Shown here piece by piece: positions 37,283-46,501 of a stretch of 64,000 nucleotides of DNA. The DNA comes from a virus. Its lineage: Duplodnaviria > Caudoviricetes. The position numbers were made by a program, and so were the translations under genes. Every line of letters starts with the position of its first letter. Within the stretch, counting starts at the first letter, position 1. The notes beneath the pieces are model-generated. The model did not search any database, was not told where the DNA came from, and saw only the letters and a list, made by a program, of their open reading frames with translations. The DNA lies in the IMG/VR virus record IMGVR_UViG_3300028888_000061, positions 64,001 through 128,000 of that record. The stretch is one strand, 5' to 3'.

Positions 37283-37397
37283 CGAGTTTACTGCATGTCA
37301 CACTAGCAGAAATAGTTCTATTAGTGGAGATGTGCTTGCACTTGAAGCCAACCCGATAAAGCGGGTTGGTAGTTCACAACACAGCAGAATTTGTTGG
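37230..37397 (+). ncRNA. Predicted omega/reRNA of element 2; guide starts at 37378 (AACACAGCAGAATTTGTTGG)
   Basis: Position relative to the tnpB stop and the TCAC right end; boundaries approximate. Confidence 0.6.
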
Positions 37398-37410
37398 TCA
37401 ATCGTTATCG

Positions 37411-39423
37411 TCAGTAATCATCGTCACGGTACATTACGCTGTCCCAGTCAATCGTGCTGCCGTACAGGTCTTCCATTTCGTCTTCTGCTGTGTGCTTCGG
37501 TGTAAGCGGCATTTTTAATGCATCACGTTCGTCATATCCTGACACAAAACATTCTGATGGCCGTTGTACGGAGCCGTTACCGTTTGATTTGTCGTCTCTA
37601 TAAGTAAGTGTCTCTGTCGGGTTGTGCATGGATAAAGACAGAATGTCTTGTGGGTCGTATGATGGTGACTGGGTTTCGTATGCGTTGTAAAGTGCACCGA
37701 CGACGGCGTCCATACGATCTTTCATGCCGCCGTGCGCCGTATCACTCGGGTGATCCACTTTGTGTTTATCTCTATTCCAATCCAGATTGAACAGCTCGTG
37801 TTTTATCGCCTCCGCAAAGTCAGAAGGAAATTTCACGATGTTTCGGTACATGCAATCAACGAAAAACAGATAGGCTTTGTCTGTTCGATCAACGCTCTGA
37901 TACCGGCAAGGAATTCTGTGTTCTTCAAAGAGCTGTAACGACGCTTGTGATTGGAAATTATCCATGCTGACCATTCCGATAATGAGCTTTTTTGAAAGGA
38001 ATATAATGAACTCATTGATTCTAGCTATGGAAATCTTTCGTGGTCTGGGCGGAGGGACAATACGTAACGAAAAGTCAAAGGTGTAAACAGGTGTACGCAC
38101 ACCGTCTGCGATGGTCTCTCCAGACTTGTAGCAGCACGCAATACCCGCCGCATCGTTGGTCAAACCTAAGTCGATGTGGATGAAACGTGGCTTGTTTTTG
38201 TCTGCAAAGTCATGTTCAATGTAATACTGAATGCAGTTTGTCGGTGAGTCATTGTTTGTTTCAATGGTGAACTCGTTTTTGCTGAATATCTGAACCAGTG
38301 ACTGGTCAATGCATTTGTCAAAAATGTGTCTGTCTTGGAACAGTTTGCCTTGTGCATATACAGACATGCCTGAGATGTCTCTTAATGCTAGGTAGATGTC
38401 GCGTTCGTATTGGTCTCTTGTGTCCACTGGAACTGCATCCACAAGTCGCCGCATATCCTGTGGAAGTTCTGATACGATTTCGTTGATGGATTTGTTATGG
38501 TCAACGGGGATGTTCAGTTGGCTTTCGATTTTCTCCGGACTGTCCATGATGAACGGTTCGTACTTTTCATTTCCGCAGAAGACGAAGAATCGTTCCTTCT
38601 TGTGTGCCCACGGTTTGACATCCCACGTTCTTACGTTGATGGCTTTCGAGCGTTTGTCTGACTGTGCTTTCTTAAAGAGATGTTCGGTGTACGAGTTGCT
38701 TGTTGTTGCTGACGAGATGACGATGTTCATTCCGAATTTTTCACCGTTTAGCGAGAAACGTGATGCTTGTCGTGACAAAACCGCATTATGCATTTTCTGC
38801 ATTTCGGTTAGTGAACTTGCATCGCCGGTCGCGTCACCTTTGAAATTTGCCTCGTCAATGATACTTGCGATGACATTGTTTCCTATCATATCCCCTTCAC
38901 CTGTACCGAAGATAACGGATATGTTATTTGGAAACCGAAGTTCAGAGTCTATGTGTTCATCACGTGGGAATTTTTCTTTGAAATATGGGATTGTGTCGAT
39001 GATTTCTCGAAGTTGTGAACCGAGACGAATGGCCATGAATTTCGACACTGCACAGAAGTAAAGGAAAACGATTGGCGATGTCGGCATAAGACCATAACGT
39101 CCCTGTATGTTTTCATAAACGCTCTGCTCATAGAGTTTACGTATGAAACAGTACAGACCGAATGTGGTCTTTCCACCTCCGATCCCGCCAGATACAACCA
39201 GCATGTCGTACTTGTTTTCATACTCAAACAAGTCGCACATCAGTTCTTGGTAATATGGGTAAATTCCGGTCGGCACTCCGTCATTCCATTTGAAAATCCC
39301 ACCGTTCCCTACATAGTACGGGTTTTGAATCCAGTCCTTGATTGGTACGACTGGTTCTTTTAGTTCTGGCTTTTTTACTTGCAGTTGTTTTAGGGCATTT
39401 TGAATTGCTTTGTAGTTAGCCAT
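37411..39423 (-). CDS. terL: Terminase large subunit
   Basis: Walker A GGIGGGKT, Walker B IIDEANF, ISSA coupling motif, nuclease HIDLG..DAAG, SMDNFQS, KVDHP...KDRMDAV. Confidence 0.92.
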   Translation of the reverse strand: MANYKAIQNALKQLQVKKPELKEPVVPIKDWIQNPYYVGNGGIFKWNDGVPTGIYPYYQELMCDLFEYENKYDMLVVSGGIGGGKTTFGLYCFIRKLYEQSVYENIQGRYGLMPTSPIVFLYFCAVSKFMAIRLGSQLREIIDTIPYFKEKFPRDEHIDSELRFPNNISVIFGTGEGDMIGNNVIASIIDEANFKGDATGDASSLTEMQKMHNAVLSRQASRFSLNGEKFGMNIVISSATTSNSYTEHLFKKAQSDKRSKAINVRTWDVKPWAHKKERFFVFCGNEKYEPFIMDSPEKIESQLNIPVDHNKSINEIVSELPQDMRRLVDAVPVDTRDQYERDIYLALRDISGMSVYAQGKLFQDRHIFDKCIDQSLVQIFSKNEFTIETNNDSPTNCIQYYIEHDFADKNKPRFIHIDLGLTNDAAGIACCYKSGETIADGVRTPVYTFDFSLRIVPPPRPRKISIARINEFIIFLSKKLIIGMVSMDNFQSQASLQLFEEHRIPCRYQSVDRTDKAYLFFVDCMYRNIVKFPSDFAEAIKHELFNLDWNRDKHKVDHPSDTAHGGMKDRMDAVVGALYNAYETQSPSYDPQDILSLSMHNPTETLTYRDDKSNGNGSVQRPSECFVSGYDERDALKMPLTPKHTAEDEMEDLYGSTIDWDSVMYRDDDY

Positions 39424-39526
39424 GCTTTAGTCTCCTGAAATGTGTCCCACACTCCCGTATATTGTCTGATATCGTGTTTACACTAAGTGCTTCAAGCGCA
39501 AAACAAAAAATCGCGTAGAACAGCTC

Positions 39527-39611
39527 AAATTTGCTCTCTACGCGATTTTTTGTTCCATAGGTGTACTTACTAGGGTGATGCCGTAACTTTTTCGTACAGG
39601 TTAAATTTTGC
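39527..39611. repeat. Dispersed element, copy 3 (core 39561-39576)
   Basis: Same 16-bp core; AATTTGC 33 bp before and AAATTT 27 bp after, as in copy 1; left arm also forms an 18-bp hairpin with 39502-39519. Confidence 0.8.
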
Positions 39612-39629
39612 TACTCTCGTGAGGATGTT

Positions 39630-39989
39630 TTACGAAGCAACGCCACCTGCATACTTGAGTGATACGGTCATCAGGTCTTTATCCACAAGCATGTAAAACT
39701 TGAAGTAGATGGAGCGAGACTTTACGTCAACCGTGTATTCGCTCGTTTGCAAAATCATGCCGTCTATTGCGTTTATGCAGTTACGTATTTCTGCATGAAT
39801 TTCACGAAGTGTGACCTGATTCAATGGTGCGTATTTGAACTTGTGCAAATTGCTGCCGAAATTCGGGTAGTACGGTCTTGTGCCTTTTGGTGTGTTCAAT
39901 ATATACGCAAGGTATTCACGGACGGCATCAGAACCTGTATCCCATACAAAGTTTCTGTTGTGGTATTTTTCAGAGAATGTACGTAGCAT
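39630..39989 (-). CDS. Baseplate wedge subunit gp25-like
   Basis: ILNTPKGTRPYYPNFGSNL motif; 119 aa. Confidence 0.85.
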   Translation of the reverse strand: MLRTFSEKYHNRNFVWDTGSDAVREYLAYILNTPKGTRPYYPNFGSNLHKFKYAPLNQVTLREIHAEIRNCINAIDGMILQTSEYTVDVKSRSIYFKFYMLVDKDLMTVSLKYAGGVAS

Positions 39990-39996
39990 AAGATTT

Positions 39997-40962
39997 CTAC
40001 TCTGTCAGTGACCGGTGAAGCTCCAATAGCTTCCAGAATACATCTTGTTTTGATTGCACGTATTTGAGCACTGCTTTTTTTACTCTGTGCCCATACGTTG
40101 TTTGCGCTTGTCTGACTAGCTTTCCGTACCCACCTGAGTTTCCCATTACGTCTCCGTCCATAACACGTCCAAGAAAGGTCATTATTGATGACTCTACTTT
40201 CCATGCTTCCATTGAGTCCATTACTTCAAACAGTGTTTTTGTGAATGCTTCTGTGTCACGGTCTCCGATTCTGACGAACAGTGGGTAAACACTAACGTCT
40301 TTCATCTGCTTCTTTGTCGGCATACCTTTTTTGAGTAAAAGACTTTTCAGCATCAGATTAAGAAATTCAGGCATCCGTTCTGAAAACTCTTTCTGGAAGT
40401 ATCCGATTCTGCTGCGTGTTTTTTCATTTTCTTTTGGGTAGAACCATGTGATGTAATCTCGTATTTTGAAGAATTTAACGACCTTCTCTTCACCAAGATG
40501 CTTTTTCAGAACGCAGTTTTCTTTGTCTTCGATGTCGAACATTTCAGTAAGTACGATGTAGTTCTTTATGAACTCAAGCCGTTCAAGCACTGTCTCTGTA
40601 ACGATTCCTGTGTAGAGGATTCCGCTGAATGATGGACGGTACTTTTTTATGTCATCTGTCAGGATGAAGTTTGAGTACAGCAAGTGGAAGAAATCCCATT
40701 GAGCTTTCGGTGCAACCACGATTCTACGTACCAGGGAAGTTTCATCAAGAAGTCCGCGAGTTCTTGTTCTCGTGCTTGCTTTCTGAATCAGCTCTATTCG
40801 TCTTTGTTGAGAGTTCACCGACCGTTCTTTTGACAATGTTTTCAGCCGGTCATTGAGCAGTCTTTGTTGTGTTATTCGTTTAAGTAATTCTGTGTCTTGT
40901 TTGTAAAGACGTATTTTAAGACCCACGATGGTTCTCCTACTTATGTTCGAGAATGTACGCAA
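39997..40962 (-). CDS. Hypothetical protein (possible clamp-loader small subunit)
   Basis: Long ORF, start uncertain; lies near the clamp-like gene. Confidence 0.5.
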   Translation of the reverse strand: MRTFSNISRRTIVGLKIRLYKQDTELLKRITQQRLLNDRLKTLSKERSVNSQQRRIELIQKASTRTRTRGLLDETSLVRRIVVAPKAQWDFFHLLYSNFILTDDIKKYRPSFSGILYTGIVTETVLERLEFIKNYIVLTEMFDIEDKENCVLKKHLGEEKVVKFFKIRDYITWFYPKENEKTRSRIGYFQKEFSERMPEFLNLMLKSLLLKKGMPTKKQMKDVSVYPLFVRIGDRDTEAFTKTLFEVMDSMEAWKVESSIMTFLGRVMDGDVMGNSGGYGKLVRQAQTTYGHRVKKAVLKYVQSKQDVFWKLLELHRSLTE

Positions 40963-41578
40963 TTCTGTCTGTCATTCCTGTCCCCATATCTGCACGATTG
41001 CATAATGTGTTGACACGGCACAAGTTCCAGGAATGTTTCAAAACTTCTGTCCTGTATGCATCAGAGGTCCTTATCATGCCGACAGTTTCTTCTGCCAATT
41101 CTTTTCTCACTTCTTGTGGGTTTGCACTTCCGAGTTTTAAAGCACGTGGATGCTTTTTGATATAAGGAAATCTTGACAGGAACGTACTCATTCCGATGTC
41201 CTGCGAAGACAGAACAATGACTTTGTGCTGTGTCTCCTCAAGGAATTTCAGCATCTTTGTTTGTACCTGTATTGCTGTGTCAGCGTTGTCGATAAACGAC
41301 AAGTTGAATATGACTGGGTAACGGAGTTCAAAATCAATGTCGTCATATCTGCTGATAATGTTTTGGAGCTCAGTGAGGGTTGTTTCACAGTAGGTTTGGT
41401 CTTTTGTGTCTTCATAGGTTTCATCGTCATTCTCGTTATCTGTTTCCACACGAAGTCCGATGTTGTTCACTTTGTTTATGAGTTCAGGGTGTTTCTCTCT
41501 TAGTACGGTGAGAAATCCTCTCACGGCGTCTCCGAGATACAGCCTTGGGTAAGGTATTTGTGTCTTTGTGTCGTCCAT
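40937..41578 (-). CDS. Hypothetical protein, degenerate clamp-loader (delta'-like) fold
   Basis: VQTKMLKFLEE...VIVLSS...TFLSRF echoes the clamp-loader ALLK.LEE and TI.SR motifs. Confidence 0.5.
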   Translation of the reverse strand: MDDTKTQIPYPRLYLGDAVRGFLTVLREKHPELINKVNNIGLRVETDNENDDETYEDTKDQTYCETTLTELQNIISRYDDIDFELRYPVIFNLSFIDNADTAIQVQTKMLKFLEETQHKVIVLSSQDIGMSTFLSRFPYIKKHPRALKLGSANPQEVRKELAEETVGMIRTSDAYRTEVLKHSWNLCRVNTLCNRADMGTGMTDRIAYILEHK

Positions 41579-42049
41579 TTACACACATTTCTCCAATAAG
41601 ACTGAGATGTCTTTCGTTTTTGTTGTACGTTCAGTCTCACGTGGGTTGTCACGAATGATAAGCAGCAGTTTCAGCATACTTTCGAGTATGGAATTTTCAA
41701 TGCAGTCGCCGATACCAAATTCTTTTTCATACATGCACAGTTCGTATTCTGTGTTCTTGTCCTGACCAACAAGGACAAGACGTAATGTCAGGCGGCTGTT
41801 TCTCCATGTGTCCATAGCATGTTCAATCAGTATGTACACAGGTATATCGCATTTTCTACCGAACATGCCACAAAACAGCTCGAACCTTCTGTTTCGTGAC
41901 GAGTACACAGGGTTCACGTACCAGAAGTTTTGTTCGAGCCACTTGTCAATATCGTATGCGAGGTATCGTATGTTTTTGACAACCATGGTGCCTGTGCCTA
42001 TTGGCTTAGATTTGAAGAGGTGACAGACGGTAAATTGTTGTGTATCCAT
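41579..42049 (-). CDS. Hypothetical protein
   Basis: Coupled ORF in the same operon. Confidence 0.55.
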   Translation of the reverse strand: MDTQQFTVCHLFKSKPIGTGTMVVKNIRYLAYDIDKWLEQNFWYVNPVYSSRNRRFELFCGMFGRKCDIPVYILIEHAMDTWRNSRLTLRLVLVGQDKNTEYELCMYEKEFGIGDCIENSILESMLKLLLIIRDNPRETERTTKTKDISVLLEKCV

Positions 42050-43256
42050 TGGTCTGTTTGTCAGAGCGGAATGTCATCGGTTCGTACATTCCTTTCTCTG
42101 GGAATTCCAGAGAAACTTTTGACGGAAGTGCTTTGATGATTTTGGTAAGGTATTTCTCATCAAAGGCGTCTGCTTTTGATTCTGTCTCCGACGTATTCAA
42201 GAGTTCTGTTTTCGATGTTTCTATGGAGTCTTCAATCGTTTTTGATTGTCCGCCTCTCACTTTCAGACTGTTTCCAATGCTGAAATGAACGGGCTTTATT
42301 GTGTTTGAGCCTTTTGTGTAGGTTTCTTTGACGCATTTCAGGAAAGACAGGAATTTCGCTTTGCTTTTACTGTCTAAGGTGAGTTTGTTTGTTTGTGTTT
42401 TATCCCATTCTGTAAAGCACTTTGCGTAGTTCGTTTGTCTGGCGTCTTCGTAAAATTTGCCAAACTCGAACCATCCATCACCTACTGTGTACAGGCATTT
42501 GATTGACGCTACGGTCTCTCGTGTGAAGTTTATCACGGATGCTTCATGTGACAGTATGTACTCAAGGCAGCGCGCCGGTATGACGTACAGATATCCGGAG
42601 AAGAGGTCTTTTCCGGATACGTGTTCTTTTTTCTGTGAAGTCACGCAGACATGATTGTTTGTCCACATGAGGAAACCTGTTGATGGACAGTAAACGATTT
42701 CTGCTTCTGATGCTAAGTCTGCTCTGGATGCTTTTGGGGCTAGTTTCATCGTATCAATGATACGTTGTTTCACACTGTAATTGAACATAAGGGACCTTGC
42801 GACGGTTTTATTCTCACCGTACATGATGTCATAGGCTTCTGAGATTTCGTATGAGTCATTTACCAGCACCATCGGTGTTTTTCTAAGTACTTCATCGAAC
42901 TCGTTCTCCAATGTCATGTACGTGTTTTGTGCTTTGTGTCTGATGGATACACTGAAAGCATTTTCTGTGTTTGAAAAAAACGATATAAGGTCTTCTGATT
43001 TAATGCAAAAACAGAGGTCTTTGTCTAATTTCTGTGCTTCGTTTTTGCTGAGGTATCTGTAGATGGTTTTTGTTTCGAGACCATACTTGACGGTTTTCCC
43101 TTCAATAATTGCATCGTTTATGAAGTAGAGGGTTGTCTTCTTTGCTTCAGCAAAGGATATCTGTTCAGCAACATGCAGCATGTCGGTTATCTTGAACGTC
43201 AGCAATGTTTTTTCGTTGTTCGTCATGTCTTTTACCTTTATGTTTAGATGTCTCAA
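42006..43256 (-). CDS. Beta-sliding-clamp-like protein
   Basis: WTNNH, YVIPARCL and C-terminal AFDEKYLTKIIKAL...SLEF...PMTF...SPLQI parallel DnaN. Confidence 0.5.
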   Translation of the reverse strand: MRHLNIKVKDMTNNEKTLLTFKITDMLHVAEQISFAEAKKTTLYFINDAIIEGKTVKYGLETKTIYRYLSKNEAQKLDKDLCFCIKSEDLISFFSNTENAFSVSIRHKAQNTYMTLENEFDEVLRKTPMVLVNDSYEISEAYDIMYGENKTVARSLMFNYSVKQRIIDTMKLAPKASRADLASEAEIVYCPSTGFLMWTNNHVCVTSQKKEHVSGKDLFSGYLYVIPARCLEYILSHEASVINFTRETVASIKCLYTVGDGWFEFGKFYEDARQTNYAKCFTEWDKTQTNKLTLDSKSKAKFLSFLKCVKETYTKGSNTIKPVHFSIGNSLKVRGGQSKTIEDSIETSKTELLNTSETESKADAFDEKYLTKIIKALPSKVSLEFPEKGMYEPMTFRSDKQTNGYTTIYRLSPLQI

Positions 43257-43294
43257 GTCCTCTTAGTGTTGTTAGCCATCCGTTGCTTACTGTG

Positions 43295-43335
43295 TCTTTA
43301 CCATAATTTCACGCTGTTTCCTGTTACAGCACCAC
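43295..43335 (-). promoter_or_regulatory. GGTGCTGT-box promoter (clamp-like operon)
   Basis: GTGGTGCTGT-N25-TAAAGA, preceded by TATGG. Confidence 0.6.
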
Positions 43336-43401
43336 ATATCCCTGACAATCTAAAAGAGTGTGTGTCATGGTTATGCTGACTTTTTCCTTTGGTGGGTTGC
43401 G

Positions 43402-44793
43402 ATGATACGATTTGAAAAGCATTACAGATATGAAAGTGACGATTCCGTGTATGATGGTGTTACAGACACGGATGCGTCTTCATGGTTTACTGCGGAGTTT
43501 TTGAAACGCAGGTTTTCAGAGTATAATACTCGGTTTTTCGGCGGTCAGATTCCTGAAGTTCCAGTTAAAATCGGTCGTGTGTCCCAGAAGGTGTTGGGAA
43601 AGTGCGTCACTCGGACAAGCGGAGCAACAGCAGAAGACGCAAGAGAGTTCGTTCTGAAACAGCTGATGGACAAGAAAATTACGGACGATATGGATTCCAT
43701 TAAGGGTGCTTTGGAACAGTATTACAGTGAGCATCCACAAAGCGTTCATGTAGAGGAAATCCATATAACTGATGGTAAATGGACGAATCGTTTTTTCTTG
43801 GAAGGCACTCTATTGCACGAGATGTGTCATGCCTATCAGATTGAGGTGCTTTGTAAGAGTAACATCATCCTGTATTCAAAGGATTGCAAGCTCGGTAAGG
43901 GAAGTGCCGGTCACGGTCCTAAATTCTTTGAAGCCGCTGATTTGGTGAACAGCAGTCGTGACAACGTGGAAGGGTTTAAGATAACGCAGTACGGCTCGGC
44001 AGAAGAGATGTCTCGAAAAGCATATAAGAAAGCGGACGGGTATCTTTATGTCAGGTGTCTTGCCAATCAGATGATTGAAGTCTCTTTCGTCAGTGCGAAA
44101 TCTTCAAGGCAGACCGTTGTTGACATGTCAGGCACGTCATACATGTTCGGGTTTCGGGACGGTGATGTTAAGGCTAAGTTCAAGGTTACCAGACGAACCC
44201 AGTTCAAACTTACGAACAAGTATGTCCGTGATGTTGAAGAAGCAATCGTGAATGGTGACTTGTTTTTGTACGCCGTGAACGAGTATGGTGTATGGGACCG
44301 TTTAATCCTTACGGAGAATGACCGTACTGACATTAGTCAGTTTATAGGTTACAATTCTGTTGTCGATTGCTCGTTGTTCGGGGTCACAGCGAATTATGGC
44401 GACTTGGATGACCTTGTAAAGGGTGTTGCTTCAACGGGTGCCAAGTGGTTGGTTAAACGTATCAGTCGTGTAATTGAGCGTGCGGGTATTTCAGAGCAGT
44501 ACGTTCGCATCTATCCTGAATCTTTTGAGTCTATGTTCGCAATTACTGATGAAGACAGTATTTCATTTTATGGACGCTGTCTGAATCAGCCGGAAGATGG
44601 TCGTCTTTCGTTCTCAGCACTCAAGCGTCCGTTTACAGAAAGAAGACACCGTAGGTCGTATGAGATGAATGCTTCCGATTTATCAGATAAAGTGGACGAT
44701 GCCTTATTCTCTCTGTTCGATTTTGACAACAGCGATGTGTCAGTAGACAGTAATGGTGACCTTGTGATGGAAGTCGAACATCACGTTCTTTAA
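43402..44793 (+). CDS. SprT-like zinc metalloprotease
   Basis: FSEYNTRFFGG.IP, TLLHEMCH (HExxH), GHGPKF. Confidence 0.85.
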   Translation: MIRFEKHYRYESDDSVYDGVTDTDASSWFTAEFLKRRFSEYNTRFFGGQIPEVPVKIGRVSQKVLGKCVTRTSGATAEDAREFVLKQLMDKKITDDMDSIKGALEQYYSEHPQSVHVEEIHITDGKWTNRFFLEGTLLHEMCHAYQIEVLCKSNIILYSKDCKLGKGSAGHGPKFFEAADLVNSSRDNVEGFKITQYGSAEEMSRKAYKKADGYLYVRCLANQMIEVSFVSAKSSRQTVVDMSGTSYMFGFRDGDVKAKFKVTRRTQFKLTNKYVRDVEEAIVNGDLFLYAVNEYGVWDRLILTENDRTDISQFIGYNSVVDCSLFGVTANYGDLDDLVKGVASTGAKWLVKRISRVIERAGISEQYVRIYPESFESMFAITDEDSISFYGRCLNQPEDGRLSFSALKRPFTERRHRRSYEMNASDLSDKVDDALFSLFDFDNSDVSVDSNGDLVMEVEHHVL

Positions 44794-44809
44794 GTGTGGG
44801 CTTTTTATT

Positions 44810-46498
44810 ATGGCAAGCAGATTAAAGGGTAGAGATTACACAACGTTGCGCCGAGAACTCATTGAGATGGTTCGTCAGCGTGTGCCTGTGGACTGGAATC
44901 CTAATAACATAGCAGACCCGCTGATAGCCGTCATTGAAGCCATTGCTTTAGCCGGGGACCATCTGCATTATTACATCGATTCGTGGCGACGTGAATGCGA
45001 TATGGCAACAGCCACACTTCAGTCGAGTATTTATTCGTATGCACTTCGTGAGGGATACAGTATGGTTCTCCCTCGTGGTAGTCGTGTCCGGGCTTTTATT
45101 CAGCCTACACCTGAGCGTGACGAACGTGGCGAGATAATTGATGGTCAGGAGCACGTCCCTGTTCCTGTTGACCTTCCAAGGTTTACCCAATTCAATGCAC
45201 CTGGTATTTCAAAGTCTTTGTTTGCAGTTAAAGACTTTACAAAGGTCGTTTCTTATTACGGCAAGACGGTTGTTTCAGAGCAGTGTATTGATTTAGTGTG
45301 CGGTGAGCTCAATTCAATCACATTTCGTTACTCTGATATTGATGCGTATTCTCGCATTGAGCTTCCAGACCCTTACATCGACGGAGAACTTGTTGAGCTC
45401 ACAAGTACAACACCTACTGGTGGTACAGTCGTTTGGGAGTGTGTCTCTGATGTTGTCACAAAGGGGTTGCAGGGAAATGTTTACTCTTTAGTTCCGACTT
45501 TTGTCTCAGGGGCAACAAGACTTTACATTGAGTTCCCTTTGAATTACAGGAATCTTATTACGTCTTCACGTGTTTTGTTTACGTTCCGTTTCGTCTCTGT
45601 GTCGAACATTACTCGGCCACTTCCGATTACATTGACAACGGCTGTGATTTCGTCAGACCAGGTTGAGATTTCAGGTATTGATGAGCTTGGTGGTTATTCT
45701 GGATATGAAACTGCTGATGCAGTCCGCCGAAATTACCCGCTGTACACACGTGACTTTACAGCATTGCTTACTAAGCAGGATTATCGCCTGTACTTGTCTT
45801 ATCGTTATGGTGGTCGTATTCTTGTGTACGACAAGCAGGACGAATATGACAGTCAGGATTATGAGCATGGCGTGTTTGGTTTGTGGGAACGCAGCATGTA
45901 CGTGATTAGTGAGCTTCCTTATAGAGCGAGGGAACTTGCGAAATACGATTTGGCTTCTCGGTCTTCTCGTTCAGACATGATATGGATGATTCCTTTCGGG
46001 TATTATGCTTATGGTATCCTTGTTGTGGTTAATGTTGATTTAGCAAAGGTGTCTGAGGATGAGATTTCAACGCTTACGGAACGTGCCTTGTTGAATCTCT
46101 ATAACGGTACCGATGAAATCAAGGGTCCTATACAGTCGGTTATTTTATCGACCGTTCACGGCGTCAGCGAACATATTGCGAATGTTCAGGCTATGTTGTT
46201 TAAATATCATGGTTCCCAGTTTCAGGGGATAATGACGATGAATAAACCGTCTGCAAAGAATCAGGAACTGCAGAAGACGTTAAACGGGTTTACAAGCGAT
46301 TATGCGTACAAGGTCAAGAACTGTATGCCTAAGCATGTGAGCGGATTTTCTGACTATAACGATGCGGTTCTTCACTGGACACTTGGTTATGATTCAGAAG
46401 AGATAGACACGTATGAGGAAGGAACACAGGAGTATGAAGATACGCATTTCCTGATTCCATTCTGTCAGAAAGTGACTGTGTGGGTATATTCCATTTAG
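44810..46498 (+). CDS. Baseplate wedge protein (T4 gp6 / P2 gpJ-like)
   Basis: RDYTTLRRELIE...W...DPLIAVIE...LHYYID...ATATLQSS; GG..YETADAVR...LLTKQDY. Confidence 0.85.
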   Translation: MASRLKGRDYTTLRRELIEMVRQRVPVDWNPNNIADPLIAVIEAIALAGDHLHYYIDSWRRECDMATATLQSSIYSYALREGYSMVLPRGSRVRAFIQPTPERDERGEIIDGQEHVPVPVDLPRFTQFNAPGISKSLFAVKDFTKVVSYYGKTVVSEQCIDLVCGELNSITFRYSDIDAYSRIELPDPYIDGELVELTSTTPTGGTVVWECVSDVVTKGLQGNVYSLVPTFVSGATRLYIEFPLNYRNLITSSRVLFTFRFVSVSNITRPLPITLTTAVISSDQVEISGIDELGGYSGYETADAVRRNYPLYTRDFTALLTKQDYRLYLSYRYGGRILVYDKQDEYDSQDYEHGVFGLWERSMYVISELPYRARELAKYDLASRSSRSDMIWMIPFGYYAYGILVVVNVDLAKVSEDEISTLTERALLNLYNGTDEIKGPIQSVILSTVHGVSEHIANVQAMLFKYHGSQFQGIMTMNKPSAKNQELQKTLNGFTSDYAYKVKNCMPKHVSGFSDYNDAVLHWTLGYDSEEIDTYEEGTQEYEDTHFLIPFCQKVTVWVYSI

Positions 46499-46501
46499 CG
46501 G

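Larger units (their letters stand above)
35988..37377 (+). mobile_element. IS200/IS605-family TnpB-only element 2
   Basis: TTGAT (35983-35987) precedes left-end hairpin GAGTCGCAAACCCATTCGGCTTTAGCCCGTGTGTAAGCGAGC; right end GAAGCCAACCCGATAAAGCGGGTTGGTAGTTCAC; no tnpA. Confidence 0.85.

Noticed and set aside
29225-43355. AATCTAAA as a late promoter (before portal and SprT)
   Set aside because: Too few copies and no consistent upstream element to distinguish it from chance.
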